NCBI GenBank assembly: GCA_024398995.1
Contig: JAKSIE010000009.1
Span: forward strand, 1,539-65,538
Direction: 5' to 3'
DNA from: Fibrobacter sp.
GTDB taxonomy: Bacteria; Fibrobacterota; Fibrobacteria; Fibrobacterales; Fibrobacteraceae
DNA length: 64,000 nucleotides
Made by a program: the position numbers and the translations under genes. Below the pieces are notes generated by a model. It was not told where the DNA came from. It was given only the letters and a program-made list of their open reading frames with translations, and searched no databases. Positions 52,211 to 61,947 of this stretch are shown piece after piece (the first letter of the stretch is position 1; every line of letters starts with the position of its first letter).

Positions 52211-53146
52211 TTATTTAAAGAATGTTGCCAGGTCGGGAATTAGACTTTCGTAGTTTGCAAAGCTTTTGCACTTGGCGACTTGTTTTAAAAGTTTGGGCGG
52301 AAGGGTTTCGGTCTGGTATTCCCAGAAGCAGCGGAATCTGTTCAAAGTCTGGTTTTGGTCTAACTGGACCATTTTAGACTGCTCTAAAATCCCTTGGTGC
52401 ATATCCCAAACGACTTTGTTTCGTTCGGCTACGGTCCAGGAGGTTCCGCATTCGTATTCTGCGGCCATGGTAGGAATGGTCAGAATTCCACGACCGATCA
52501 TGACTCCCGCCAACTTGGGGTACTTTTCTTCCAATTCCCGGATGCGGCGAACGCTAAGAACATCCCCATTGAAAATCACGGGATGTCTGCATTCCTCGTA
52601 AAACCTTTGGAAACTTTCCATATCCAAGGCACCCTTGTATTGCTGGATTCCGAGGCGGGGATGCATGGTGATGTGGGTGAGAGGCGTGTCGTTTAGAATG
52701 GGTAGAAGTTGTTCGCATTCTTCTGCAGATTTCAATCCCAGTCGCATTTTTATGGAGAATTGAATTTCAGACAAAGTATTAATGTGTTTTGCTACTTGTG
52801 CCACAATTTCTGGGTGGGGAAGAATGCCTGAACCTCGTCCATGTCCTGTTTGCATGGGATAGGGGCAACCCATGTTCAAGTCGATTTCTCTGTAGCCTTG
52901 TTTTACAAGGGCGTTTACCAAAATGTCAAATTCATCCAGCCCGCTAAAAATAATTTGAGGGACAAGGTTGTAGCCCTTGTTGTTTTCTGGTGCGACGTCC
53001 CAAAGATCCCGGTCTCTAGCCACTCCTTTTTCGACTCGGACGAATGGGGAATAATATTTTTTTATTCCACCGGCAAACTTGGCGTGATTTTGTCGGTAAA
53101 TGGCGTCGGTATAACCTTGGAGGGGTGCTAGAAAAATAGGCAACAT
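52211..53146 (-). CDS. tRNA-dihydrouridine synthase family protein
   Basis: LAPLQG, IDLNMGCP, GRGSG, SIKMRLG, MHPR, NGDV, VMIGRG. Confidence 0.92.
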   Translation of the reverse strand: MLPIFLAPLQGYTDAIYRQNHAKFAGGIKKYYSPFVRVEKGVARDRDLWDVAPENNKGYNLVPQIIFSGLDEFDILVNALVKQGYREIDLNMGCPYPMQTGHGRGSGILPHPEIVAQVAKHINTLSEIQFSIKMRLGLKSAEECEQLLPILNDTPLTHITMHPRLGIQQYKGALDMESFQRFYEECRHPVIFNGDVLSVRRIRELEEKYPKLAGVMIGRGILTIPTMAAEYECGTSWTVAERNKVVWDMHQGILEQSKMVQLDQNQTLNRFRCFWEYQTETLPPKLLKQVAKCKSFANYESLIPDLATFFK

Positions 53147-53182
53147 ACATCATCAAGTATACAAATTGCTAATTTACTTTTT

Positions 53183-55162
53183 ATGAAGTTTGACTATCGC
53201 AACAAGATTTTTACTGCCAGTTTGGCAGCACTTATTGGTTCCGTATCCTTTGGACTTTCCGCCTGCGCATCTGGCGGCGCTCCCAATGTTTCCGCCGAAG
53301 CAAAAGTGGAATCCGCAGCAATTGCGACTCCTCTGCCTGCCGTAGAAGCCAAGACGTCTTTTGAAACCGTCACCGTGGCCGACAATAAGCAAATTCGCGT
53401 TGTAGATAAGCCCACCCTTGCGGCCTTGGATTTTGCTGCATACTACAATAATCCTATCCGTCTAGCTGGTAAGGAAGATAAGCCTGAGAATTATACCGGC
53501 AAGATGGCTTCTGCGAAACTTGAGGAATATCCGTTCCCTATGCTGGAAGGACTTTCTGCAACCAAGCCCACAGTGGTTAATGATCGCGCTCCTATTTCTT
53601 GGGAACCTTTTGCGAAATTGATGTACGCACAGTTGGGTGATGATTCCCTGAACATTGTGCTGAATTCTGTTGAAGCCGTGAAATGGGAAGAACCCGAAGT
53701 TTTCCGAGCCTTCCAGAATGTAACACGCATGTGGGGCGTTCCCATGACTGATGGTTCCGTGGAATGGTGGGTGGAAGTGACTCCCGCTTTCTGGACTGGT
53801 CGCGCTCCTTTCTACGGAAAGCTGAATTACAAGTCCCATGGCGAAACAGCTGAAATTTTCAATTACTACCTGACGGGCGAAATGAATGCGGACGATGCCA
53901 TGAACTGGGCTCGTACACTTTCCTCTTACTGGTATCCTACCTTGAATACGGACTTGGAGCCACACACTGCCGGTGCACTTTGGGAAAGCGGCAAGCCATT
54001 TGCAGTGATGCGCGGTAATCCTATGGGTACGCCCATGTGGATAGGCTTTGAAGTGCCTGCGTTCCGTATGAGTGAAGAGGCTCTCCGTGCTAAGCAGGTG
54101 GCTGATTCCCTGGCAAATTCTGGTGAAGTGATTCCCGTAGATCGTCACTTGGATACTTCTTCTACCTTCCGCCTCCAGACATTGAACGAAGTTAAGGGTT
54201 CTTGCCCAGCGAATGAAGCCACCGCAAAGTTCCGCAAATCCTTGGCCGACCAAATGGCAAAACTTCCCAAGGAACAGAATGCCTGGGCTGAAATGGATGC
54301 AAACGGGAAAAAAGTTGATGGCGGATTCCTTTGGTTCCGTCGTAATGCGAACTATTTGCTGGCAGATAAAATCAGCGCACAGGACAGCCTCCATAATCCG
54401 TTGCCCCGTATGGTGGAATTGAAGAACTATCTGGATTCCCTTGGCATTCAACTTTTGGTTGTGCCCGTCCCTGTGAAGGAAGAAATCTACGGCGAAAAGA
54501 TTGTGCCGGGTACTGCAGCGGATTTGTGCGTCAACCCCGAGGGGCGCGCCTTTACCCAGGAACTTTTAGAAGCTGGAATCGATGTGCTGGATATTTATCC
54601 GGCCCTGATGGCTGCTAAATCTGGTGATGAGCCGCCTCATTACAGCTACCAGCGCTATGACACCCATTGGGCTTTGCCTGGTGAACTTGCCGCCATGGAA
54701 CTTCTGGCCAGCCGCGTTACTCAGTACAGCTGGTACGCAGAATCCGGTGCCCAGCCCGGTTTCTTGAATTTGCAAGAAACCAACACCCTGCGTGAAGGGG
54801 ACCTGGTGGCTCATTTACCCGACTCCGAAAAGGCGAAGTACCCGGCCGACACCTTGAACGTGATGAAAGTTTACAAGGGTACGGAAACTTACAAGGGCGG
54901 CAAGAATGCTCCCATTCTCTTGATGGGCGACTCCTTTACGGGTGTGTTTGAATCTGTGGATCAGAAAAGCGGCGGCCCAGGTTCCTTGCTGGCTTATGCT
55001 ACGGGACTCGATGTTCAGGTGGTTACAAGCTGGGGCGGCGGCCCTGGTGTTCGTAGCCGTATGATGAAAATGAAAAAGGATATGCAGAGCAAGCGTCTGG
55101 TTATCTACATGATGACCGCCCGCGATTTCTGGCAGTCTCCCATGGAATGGGATAAATTGTAA
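53183..55162 (+). CDS. Lipoprotein with C-terminal AlgX/AlgJ-like (SGNH) O-acetyltransferase domain
   Basis: Lipobox LSAC; LLVVPVPVKEEIY, YQRYDTHW, LLMGDSF motifs. Confidence 0.75.
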   Translation: MKFDYRNKIFTASLAALIGSVSFGLSACASGGAPNVSAEAKVESAAIATPLPAVEAKTSFETVTVADNKQIRVVDKPTLAALDFAAYYNNPIRLAGKEDKPENYTGKMASAKLEEYPFPMLEGLSATKPTVVNDRAPISWEPFAKLMYAQLGDDSLNIVLNSVEAVKWEEPEVFRAFQNVTRMWGVPMTDGSVEWWVEVTPAFWTGRAPFYGKLNYKSHGETAEIFNYYLTGEMNADDAMNWARTLSSYWYPTLNTDLEPHTAGALWESGKPFAVMRGNPMGTPMWIGFEVPAFRMSEEALRAKQVADSLANSGEVIPVDRHLDTSSTFRLQTLNEVKGSCPANEATAKFRKSLADQMAKLPKEQNAWAEMDANGKKVDGGFLWFRRNANYLLADKISAQDSLHNPLPRMVELKNYLDSLGIQLLVVPVPVKEEIYGEKIVPGTAADLCVNPEGRAFTQELLEAGIDVLDIYPALMAAKSGDEPPHYSYQRYDTHWALPGELAAMELLASRVTQYSWYAESGAQPGFLNLQETNTLREGDLVAHLPDSEKAKYPADTLNVMKVYKGTETYKGGKNAPILLMGDSFTGVFESVDQKSGGPGSLLAYATGLDVQVVTSWGGGPGVRSRMMKMKKDMQSKRLVIYMMTARDFWQSPMEWDKL

Positions 55163-55202
55163 TGTACCCTTTCGCTGTGTCCTTAAGGGAAAATAGTTCT
55201 GT

Positions 55203-55925
55203 ATGAAATTTCCTAAGAAAATCTTTTGGCCTCTTTTTGTGATGGTCTTGGCGCTAGCACTGACCTTAGTTCTTTGGAGTGGTCGTGAGGAAACGAGGTC
55301 CTATGGGACGATGGCTTGCGCTTTTGAAAATAAGGCCCCAAGTTGTCTTGATACCATTGCAGAATGGCGCATGGGCCTCGCTTTCTTTGATAGTAGTGTG
55401 GCTGCGACCGGAGACACTTTGGAGTCCTTGAAAAAGCTTCTTTGGGAGTATTGGAACATTCAATTTGCTGGTGCCGGCAATGCATCTGTCGAGCGTGCGT
55501 CGATCTTGCCTTTGGAAGTGCTAAAAAACAGAAAGTCCGGTTGCGTGGGCTTATCTTGGCTTGCGTTGATGGTTGCCGAGAAAAAACAGATTCCTTTGAA
55601 TGCGGTTCTTTTGCCGGGGCACATGTTCTTGCAGTATGGCTGCGGATATGGCGGGATTTGCGTAAATCTGGAACCCAACCGCCAAGGCTTTTCGTACACC
55701 GACGAGGAATACAGGGAAAAGTACAAGTCTGGTCCTTGGACCGGTTTTGAATTCAAACCCTTAAGTCGAAAGCAGGTTTTTGGTCTTGCCGCTTTTAATA
55801 TGGGGAACACGTATTTGGATTTGGATATCCATCATGCCCTGACTTGGTACAGAATGGCAGAGGAATTTTTTCCTGAATACCCAGGAATCAAGGCTAATCA
55901 AACTGTGGCAAAGTCTCGCCTTTAG
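55203..55925 (+). CDS. SirB1/transglutaminase-like membrane-anchored protein
   Basis: VLKNRKSGCVGLS, LPGHMFLQY, NLEP; TPR-like tail. Confidence 0.7.
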   Translation: MKFPKKIFWPLFVMVLALALTLVLWSGREETRSYGTMACAFENKAPSCLDTIAEWRMGLAFFDSSVAATGDTLESLKKLLWEYWNIQFAGAGNASVERASILPLEVLKNRKSGCVGLSWLALMVAEKKQIPLNAVLLPGHMFLQYGCGYGGICVNLEPNRQGFSYTDEEYREKYKSGPWTGFEFKPLSRKQVFGLAAFNMGNTYLDLDIHHALTWYRMAEEFFPEYPGIKANQTVAKSRL

Positions 55926-55949
55926 GGTTCTTTTCTATATTACATCTCC

Positions 55950-58727
55950 ATGAATCCGATGATGTTTGTACTAAAATGTTTTCTGGCGATATGCCTGATT
56001 TGCGTTTTTAGTGCGTGTGAAAATCACCGGAATCATGCGATTCCTGATGATTATGCCGATGACATTGAGGGTTTCGTTCGAATACATTCTGCGGGAAAGA
56101 GTGTTGTTCTCGGAAAGTCTGAAAGTTCTGCACCCCTTAAAGAACGTACCGAAATGACGGTTGATTTTACCTATAACTTTTATATAGGTAAAAATGAAGT
56201 TACTTGTGAAGATTACAATAGGTCCATGAGCCGAGTGGGAGCGCTTTCTCCTTGCTGGAGTGAAACAAGTGCCGCTATTGTTGTAAATTATAACGATGCT
56301 ATTTTATTCGCCAACGCCTACAGTAAACGTTTTAAGAAGGACACTGTCTATACCTATTATTCTTCCAAGTTTAGCGATGATGGACATTGCATAGAATTAG
56401 AAGGCCTGAAATTCAACACGGAAGTTGAAGGTTTTAGATTGCCTACGGAAGCGGAATGGGTTTATGTTGCTCAACAAGGATGGAATACCCGTAATGCTTG
56501 GACTTCGGAAGTGTCCGACTATTATATTCATCCCGCATGCACGCAGCCTCCTAATTCACTGGGTGTGTGCGATATGGCTGGCAATGTTACAGAATGGGTT
56601 TACGACTGGCTAGGATATTTTAAGGATACCACGGTCATAAATTATATCGGTGCTACTGACGGAGGATCTTTTGGAGAAAAGGTTTTGAAAGGTGGTAGCA
56701 TCGTGAATGAATCGGACAACATTTCTTACTTGTCTCGACTTGATGTTTACCCGGTAACCACGATTAGTAAAACTTCGTACGTAGGGTTCCGCCTGGCTTA
56801 CGGTAAGATTCCTAATCCGACAACCTTGTCCTTTAATGGCTCAGTCTCCTTGGGTAATCTTTCTGCGGTTGCTAGTGCCTCTACTGTAAAAGGGCTCACC
56901 GGCAGCTATTACACAAAGCTGGCTTTCCGTAACGATGCTACAGGAAACTTAGCCTACATAGATTACTCTACGGGTAGTGCAAGCGTTAAGGAAATCCCGG
57001 ATACCCTTGATGTTTACCATCCGGAGATTTCTCCTGACGGTAGGTGGGTTGCTTTCTGCACGGTGATTGAAGGCTATTCCGGAAAGTCTGAACTTTACGT
57101 TCGCAGGTTGAATGAAAGTGGGGAAGGCCTTGTTAAATTGGATGTAGAATCAGCTGCAATTCCTCGCTGGAGAATCCTTTCTACCGGAGATACGGCCTTG
57201 GTTTACGTGACCGACGCTGGCAACAATTCTCAGGCTACCGATTTTGCAGCAGCAAGTACCTGGCAGGTGAAATTCTCTAATGGACAATTTGGTGAACCAG
57301 AAAAACTATTTGACGGTGCATACCATGATGGTGTAAGTAGCGATAATACTTTGGCAGTCTCTGGTTCAACTAAATTGAGGGCCCGTGTAGCAAATGAAGG
57401 CTCTACGGTTATGGGCCAGTCCTCTGATGTAATATGGTATAACGATGAACAGGCTTGTAACGCAAGCCTTAGTAAGGGTGGCTCAAAACAGACATTGTTC
57501 CTCGACTTCTCTGGCAAAACAGGTAGAGAGTTTGTTGGGTCCAAGTATGCAGCTCACGAATACTTGTTTGTTGCAGATTCCCTGGGAACTATAACCCGCG
57601 CGGTCCATGCGCCCTCGGGTTATACGTTTGACCACTCGGAATGGAGCGTAGGTGATACAACAAAGGTTGATGGAGAATCCGGGCTGGTTGTTGCCTCGCT
57701 TGCAAATCGCAACGGCGCCCACACGAAGATTGTTTTACTGAATTCCTCGGATAGTTCCTACATCACTCTTGTTGAAGGCGATGAACTTTGGCATCCTTGT
57801 GTTTGGGTAAAGCAGAACGTAATGCCTTACGAGAATGTTGTGCTGTATACGGATAGCGCTGGCGTGTATTACGATTTCTTAGCAGAAACCAGTGAACGCA
57901 TTATGAAGGTCAAAATGCGCATGTTCTGGGATATGAAGGATTCCATTGAACTCTTTGCTGTAGGCACTTCCAGAACGGAGCGTGGCGTAGATCCGCTTGC
58001 TATATCCTCATACAAATCCTTCAATTTCGGTTACTCCGGTAGTGAACTTTGGGGCGAACTGTATTTGGTTGGAAATTATATTATGAACCATGCCAAGAAC
58101 CTTAAGGTATTGGTTATTGAACTTCCCTTGGATTTGCAGAATAATTCACCGGACTTCAAAAATCAGATGGTTTTTGAACAAGCTCCCGGCTATTTCTACG
58201 ATAAACATCATGATTTCTGGAAGGATGGCTTGCCGGAATACTTTATTACTCTTGTGGACGAAAATTTGCCATACTCAGAAGAGGATGAGAAAACATATGT
58301 AGAGACCATGGGCCTCCTTCGTGCAGAACCCAATGGCTGGAAAGGCAATGAAGTTGACCGCGATTCCGTCTATACCTCTAAGGAAATGGGTTACTACAAG
58401 GATATCATGAGTCAATTAGAGCGCTTTATCAAAAACACTCAGGATCTTGGAATCAAGATTGTTCTTGTCATTTATCCCCAGTCACCCACATTTGCTGAAA
58501 CAGGTTCCTTCGGAAGACATGGTGTTCCCAGAAGTGTGGCCATGGAAACTATTGCTCATTTCGAAGAAGTGGCAAAGAAATATCCCCATGTGGTTTTGAT
58601 GGATGAGAACAAGATGGGTAACCATGAGTATACGCCAGAAATGGCTACGGACTTTGACCATCTTAGTTATATTGGTGCTAAATATTTCTCCGAAAAGTTG
58701 GATTCTGTGCTTAAGGCGTGGGAATAA
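55950..58727 (+). CDS. TIGR02171-type Fibrobacter lipoprotein (FGE-sulfatase-like + propeller-like + SGNH-like)
   Basis: Lipobox FSAC; GFRLPTEAEW, DMAGNVTEW, VGFRLA; YHPEISPDG; GTSR...DHLS. Confidence 0.85.
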   Translation: MNPMMFVLKCFLAICLICVFSACENHRNHAIPDDYADDIEGFVRIHSAGKSVVLGKSESSAPLKERTEMTVDFTYNFYIGKNEVTCEDYNRSMSRVGALSPCWSETSAAIVVNYNDAILFANAYSKRFKKDTVYTYYSSKFSDDGHCIELEGLKFNTEVEGFRLPTEAEWVYVAQQGWNTRNAWTSEVSDYYIHPACTQPPNSLGVCDMAGNVTEWVYDWLGYFKDTTVINYIGATDGGSFGEKVLKGGSIVNESDNISYLSRLDVYPVTTISKTSYVGFRLAYGKIPNPTTLSFNGSVSLGNLSAVASASTVKGLTGSYYTKLAFRNDATGNLAYIDYSTGSASVKEIPDTLDVYHPEISPDGRWVAFCTVIEGYSGKSELYVRRLNESGEGLVKLDVESAAIPRWRILSTGDTALVYVTDAGNNSQATDFAAASTWQVKFSNGQFGEPEKLFDGAYHDGVSSDNTLAVSGSTKLRARVANEGSTVMGQSSDVIWYNDEQACNASLSKGGSKQTLFLDFSGKTGREFVGSKYAAHEYLFVADSLGTITRAVHAPSGYTFDHSEWSVGDTTKVDGESGLVVASLANRNGAHTKIVLLNSSDSSYITLVEGDELWHPCVWVKQNVMPYENVVLYTDSAGVYYDFLAETSERIMKVKMRMFWDMKDSIELFAVGTSRTERGVDPLAISSYKSFNFGYSGSELWGELYLVGNYIMNHAKNLKVLVIELPLDLQNNSPDFKNQMVFEQAPGYFYDKHHDFWKDGLPEYFITLVDENLPYSEEDEKTYVETMGLLRAEPNGWKGNEVDRDSVYTSKEMGYYKDIMSQLERFIKNTQDLGIKIVLVIYPQSPTFAETGSFGRHGVPRSVAMETIAHFEEVAKKYPHVVLMDENKMGNHEYTPEMATDFDHLSYIGAKYFSEKLDSVLKAWE

Positions 58728-60190
58728 TGACTCGCCTTCTTATTCCTCTCGTTGTGGCGTTTGCCATTTTTCCCCTGACAGATACGGATATTTGGTGGCA
58801 TTTGGCCTGCGCCCGGGAATGGGTGACAACATGGACTCCTGTTCGTGAACCAGTTGTAAATGTCCATGAATATTTCCAGCAATTGGTGGGCTTTGTTTAT
58901 GGATTGGGGGGCGCGCCATTGCTTGTTGCGTTTAAGGCTCTCTTGTGGGGAGCCGTATTTGCACTATTCTTGCGGGGCTCCATAAAAAACTGGGTGGGTG
59001 TTTTTGTCGCTGCGCTTTTTGCCTTTGTTTTTAGGTATCAGTTTGAAATTCGCCCGGTGGTGCTTAGCCTGTTCTTCCTTGGAATTTACTGGAATGTAAT
59101 GCCGTGGCTCGCAAAGGACTGGGACGATTCCAAAAAACATTGGGCGGCGGCCATAGGAATTTTTTGCCTGCAGTGGATTTGGTGCAAGTGCCAGGGACTG
59201 TATATTCTAGGACCGATTTTTGCATTGGCAACAGTTGTGGCCTTCTTTGATTGGAATGATCTTAATCGCCTGTTAAAATTGGCGCTATTTGTTCTTGTCT
59301 TGTTTGCAATGCCGTTCTTGCATAGTGATGGTTTGTTGCTTGCGGCTTATCCTTTTGAACTTCTGAATCGCTTGGTAGGACTAAGTCCCTCTGCCGCTAT
59401 TTTCGCCAAGGAAATTGCGGAGAACCGCTCGCCCGTAACGCTGTTGATGGAGGGGGAGAACTTTTGGACTTCGTTATTGATGATTGCATGTACCATGTCG
59501 GGCTTGGTATTTGCAATAAAGCAACTCATTGGAATGATTAAGGCGAAGGCCTTGCGCGAAGGGGATCGTTTACTCAAACTGAGTGTGCTTTGTGTTACTG
59601 CTGTTCTTGCTTTGTTGGCGGAACGCAATTTTGTTCTGTTTTTGCCTGTGTATCTTTATTTTGTGGGTCGCTTGGAAATTTCTAGCATTCAAAAGGCCTA
59701 CATCCCGGGCTTTGCCCCGAAATCTCCTGTGTGGAAATACTCGGCGATTGTGGTGATGATGTTTGTTCTTGGCTTGTGGGGCAAGTCTTTGCTGGTATAC
59801 GAAAAGAATCTTGTTTCTAGCCAGCGAGTTCCCGTAGCCGCCTCCCAATGGATGGCCGCAAATCCTCACTCAGGTCGCCTTTTCAACGATGACCGAGCCG
59901 GAGGATTCCTCGCGTTTGTGAATCCGGCGGATTCTATCTACATCGACGGGCGCTTTATGCTGAAGACCGCGGAATTCTTTGAACAGTATTTGAATTTTGC
60001 GAAGGAACCGGAGGAATTTGTCAGTTATGCCGCCCGCGAAGGCGTTGACCGAGCCATATTCCCCTTGAAATACTACGCCCGCTGGGACAAGGTCATTCAG
60101 GCTCTTTCTCAAAATCCCAGATGGAAGAATGTCTATCAGGATGATTTTTTCGTGGTATTTGATCTCAGTTTCGTAACGAAAAACCCCTGA
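58727..60190 (+). CDS. Polytopic membrane protein, GT-C-like
   Basis: DTDIWWHLA after TM1, EIRP loop, many TMs, soluble tail LFNDDRAGG...YIDGR; TAATG coupling. Confidence 0.7.
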   Translation: MTRLLIPLVVAFAIFPLTDTDIWWHLACAREWVTTWTPVREPVVNVHEYFQQLVGFVYGLGGAPLLVAFKALLWGAVFALFLRGSIKNWVGVFVAALFAFVFRYQFEIRPVVLSLFFLGIYWNVMPWLAKDWDDSKKHWAAAIGIFCLQWIWCKCQGLYILGPIFALATVVAFFDWNDLNRLLKLALFVLVLFAMPFLHSDGLLLAAYPFELLNRLVGLSPSAAIFAKEIAENRSPVTLLMEGENFWTSLLMIACTMSGLVFAIKQLIGMIKAKALREGDRLLKLSVLCVTAVLALLAERNFVLFLPVYLYFVGRLEISSIQKAYIPGFAPKSPVWKYSAIVVMMFVLGLWGKSLLVYEKNLVSSQRVPVAASQWMAANPHSGRLFNDDRAGGFLAFVNPADSIYIDGRFMLKTAEFFEQYLNFAKEPEEFVSYAAREGVDRAIFPLKYYARWDKVIQALSQNPRWKNVYQDDFFVVFDLSFVTKNP

Positions 60191-60325
60191 TTGCCCCTAA
60201 AAAAACGTGTTTTTGCGCACTTTTGAACTTATTTATTGATGACGTTGCTTGAGAAACGTTGTTTCTTACGTTATTTTTTACTTAGAATGTTTGGTCCGCA
60301 CAAGTATGCGGCAAAAGGAGTGTAT

Positions 60326-61837
60326 ATGAATATTTTTGCCAAGATGAGCTTGGTAGGTTTAATGTCCTTTGGCCTTTCCCAGGCTGTTGTAAATTATCCT
60401 TTCCCTCAGATGTCCAATTATGGTGGAAACGCAACCTTGCTTAGCGATAAGGCTAAGGCTTCCGAAGAACTGAAACAGCAGTTTGCCGCCTGGATGAAGG
60501 ACATGTATAACGAAAATGGCGATGTTGCAGGAATTCGTTCTGATCCTGGCTCCAACCAGTATTTCTCCGAAGGTGTTGGCTATGGTATGCTTCTTATGGT
60601 GTACTTCAGCGATAACACTACTAATTACCAGCCTCAGTTTGACAAACTTTGGAATTTCTATAAGAAAATGTCCAATAAGAATGGATTGATGATTTGGAAG
60701 ATTGGTAATCTTTCCGAATCCTGGGATGCTGGTAATGGTGCTGCCCTTGATGGTGACATTGATGCTGCGGCAGCTCTTATTATGGCCGCCTACCAGTTCG
60801 GTGATGAAAAGTATTTGTCTGAAGCAAAGACTTTGATTCAGGCAATGAAGAAATATGAATTTGAAACAAATGGTCTTCATATGCCCGGTGATGCTTGGGG
60901 AGAAGCCGCCTACAATCGCAAGAATCCTGGCTACTTTGACCCGGCCTACATGCCTCTCTTTGCCCAGGTAGATACCGAAAATGCTGCCTTCTGGAGCGGA
61001 GATGCTTATGACAAGAATATGGCGCTTTACGAGTCCAGTTCCAAGGAAGTCTCCACGGGCCTGATTGACGACTGGACCGACAAGAACGGCAAGAGTGAAG
61101 ATGATGAGTATAGCTATGATGCCTCCCGCGCACCCTGGCGCAATGCCAAGGCTGTCTGCTGGCATGGAGACAAGCGTGCACTGGCTCTTGACCAAAAGAT
61201 GGCTGCCTTTGTTTCTACAGTGCCTGCCTCTAACATGAAGGGCCCTGTAAAGCGTTCTACGGGCTCTTTGGGTAATGACCACAATAGTACCTTCGTTACA
61301 TCTCTTATGACTTCCTTGATTTCTGATGCCAAATATCAGAGCAAACTGGATGAATACTGGAAGGAAGCCGTAGCACTTGGAAATGAAAACTATTTCAACC
61401 AGTCCTTGAAACTGTTGAATGGTTTGTTGGTTTCTGGTAACATGCCCAACTTGGCCGCTGGTGGCCAGCAGTCTACCACTCCAGTTATTCCCACGGATAC
61501 AACGACCACTAATCCGGTCATTCCTACGGATACAACTACTAATCCTGTAAATCCGGTGGATACGACTGGTTCTCAGAATCCGAATATGGCTTTGGCCCCT
61601 GCTTTTGCATCGACTGTTTCGGGACTTCGTCTTGATGGCCGTACTTTGCAGATGTCTGTAAATGGAAAGGCCTCTGTGGATCTGGTTTCTGTTACTGGAA
61701 ATGTAGTGAAGAAGGTTTGGAATGGTGATGCCGCTGGTTCCGTTTCTGTTTCTTTGCAGAATCTCCCTAATGGTGTTTACATCGTTAGAATTCAGGATTC
61801 AAAATCTATGACGATGAAGAAGATCCATTTAAAGTAA
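60326..61837 (+). CDS. Glycoside hydrolase family 8 (endoglucanase-like) with Thr/Pro linker and C-terminal sorting-type domain
   Basis: SEGVGYGM, AALDGDID, YSYDASRAPWR; PTDTTT linker; LPNGVYIVRI...KKIHLK. Confidence 0.92.
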   Translation: MNIFAKMSLVGLMSFGLSQAVVNYPFPQMSNYGGNATLLSDKAKASEELKQQFAAWMKDMYNENGDVAGIRSDPGSNQYFSEGVGYGMLLMVYFSDNTTNYQPQFDKLWNFYKKMSNKNGLMIWKIGNLSESWDAGNGAALDGDIDAAAALIMAAYQFGDEKYLSEAKTLIQAMKKYEFETNGLHMPGDAWGEAAYNRKNPGYFDPAYMPLFAQVDTENAAFWSGDAYDKNMALYESSSKEVSTGLIDDWTDKNGKSEDDEYSYDASRAPWRNAKAVCWHGDKRALALDQKMAAFVSTVPASNMKGPVKRSTGSLGNDHNSTFVTSLMTSLISDAKYQSKLDEYWKEAVALGNENYFNQSLKLLNGLLVSGNMPNLAAGGQQSTTPVIPTDTTTTNPVIPTDTTTNPVNPVDTTGSQNPNMALAPAFASTVSGLRLDGRTLQMSVNGKASVDLVSVTGNVVKKVWNGDAAGSVSVSLQNLPNGVYIVRIQDSKSMTMKKIHLK

Positions 61838-61882
61838 AACCGCTTTACCTGCCTCCAATACATCGGCTTTAGTCAAATAGGA

Positions 61883-61920
61883 AAGAGGTCCAGCATTTGC
61901 CGGACCTCTCCTTTTTTCTT
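61883..61920. terminator. Terminator between convergent GH8 and GH5 genes
   Basis: AGAGGTCC-AGCATTTGCC-GGACCTCT followed by CCTTTTTT. Confidence 0.7.
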
Positions 61921-61947
61921 TCTCTCGAGTTTTATACAGATTGTGTT

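Noticed and set aside
61478-61570. PTDTTT repeats in GH8
   Set aside because: Ordinary Thr/Pro linker between catalytic and C-terminal domains.
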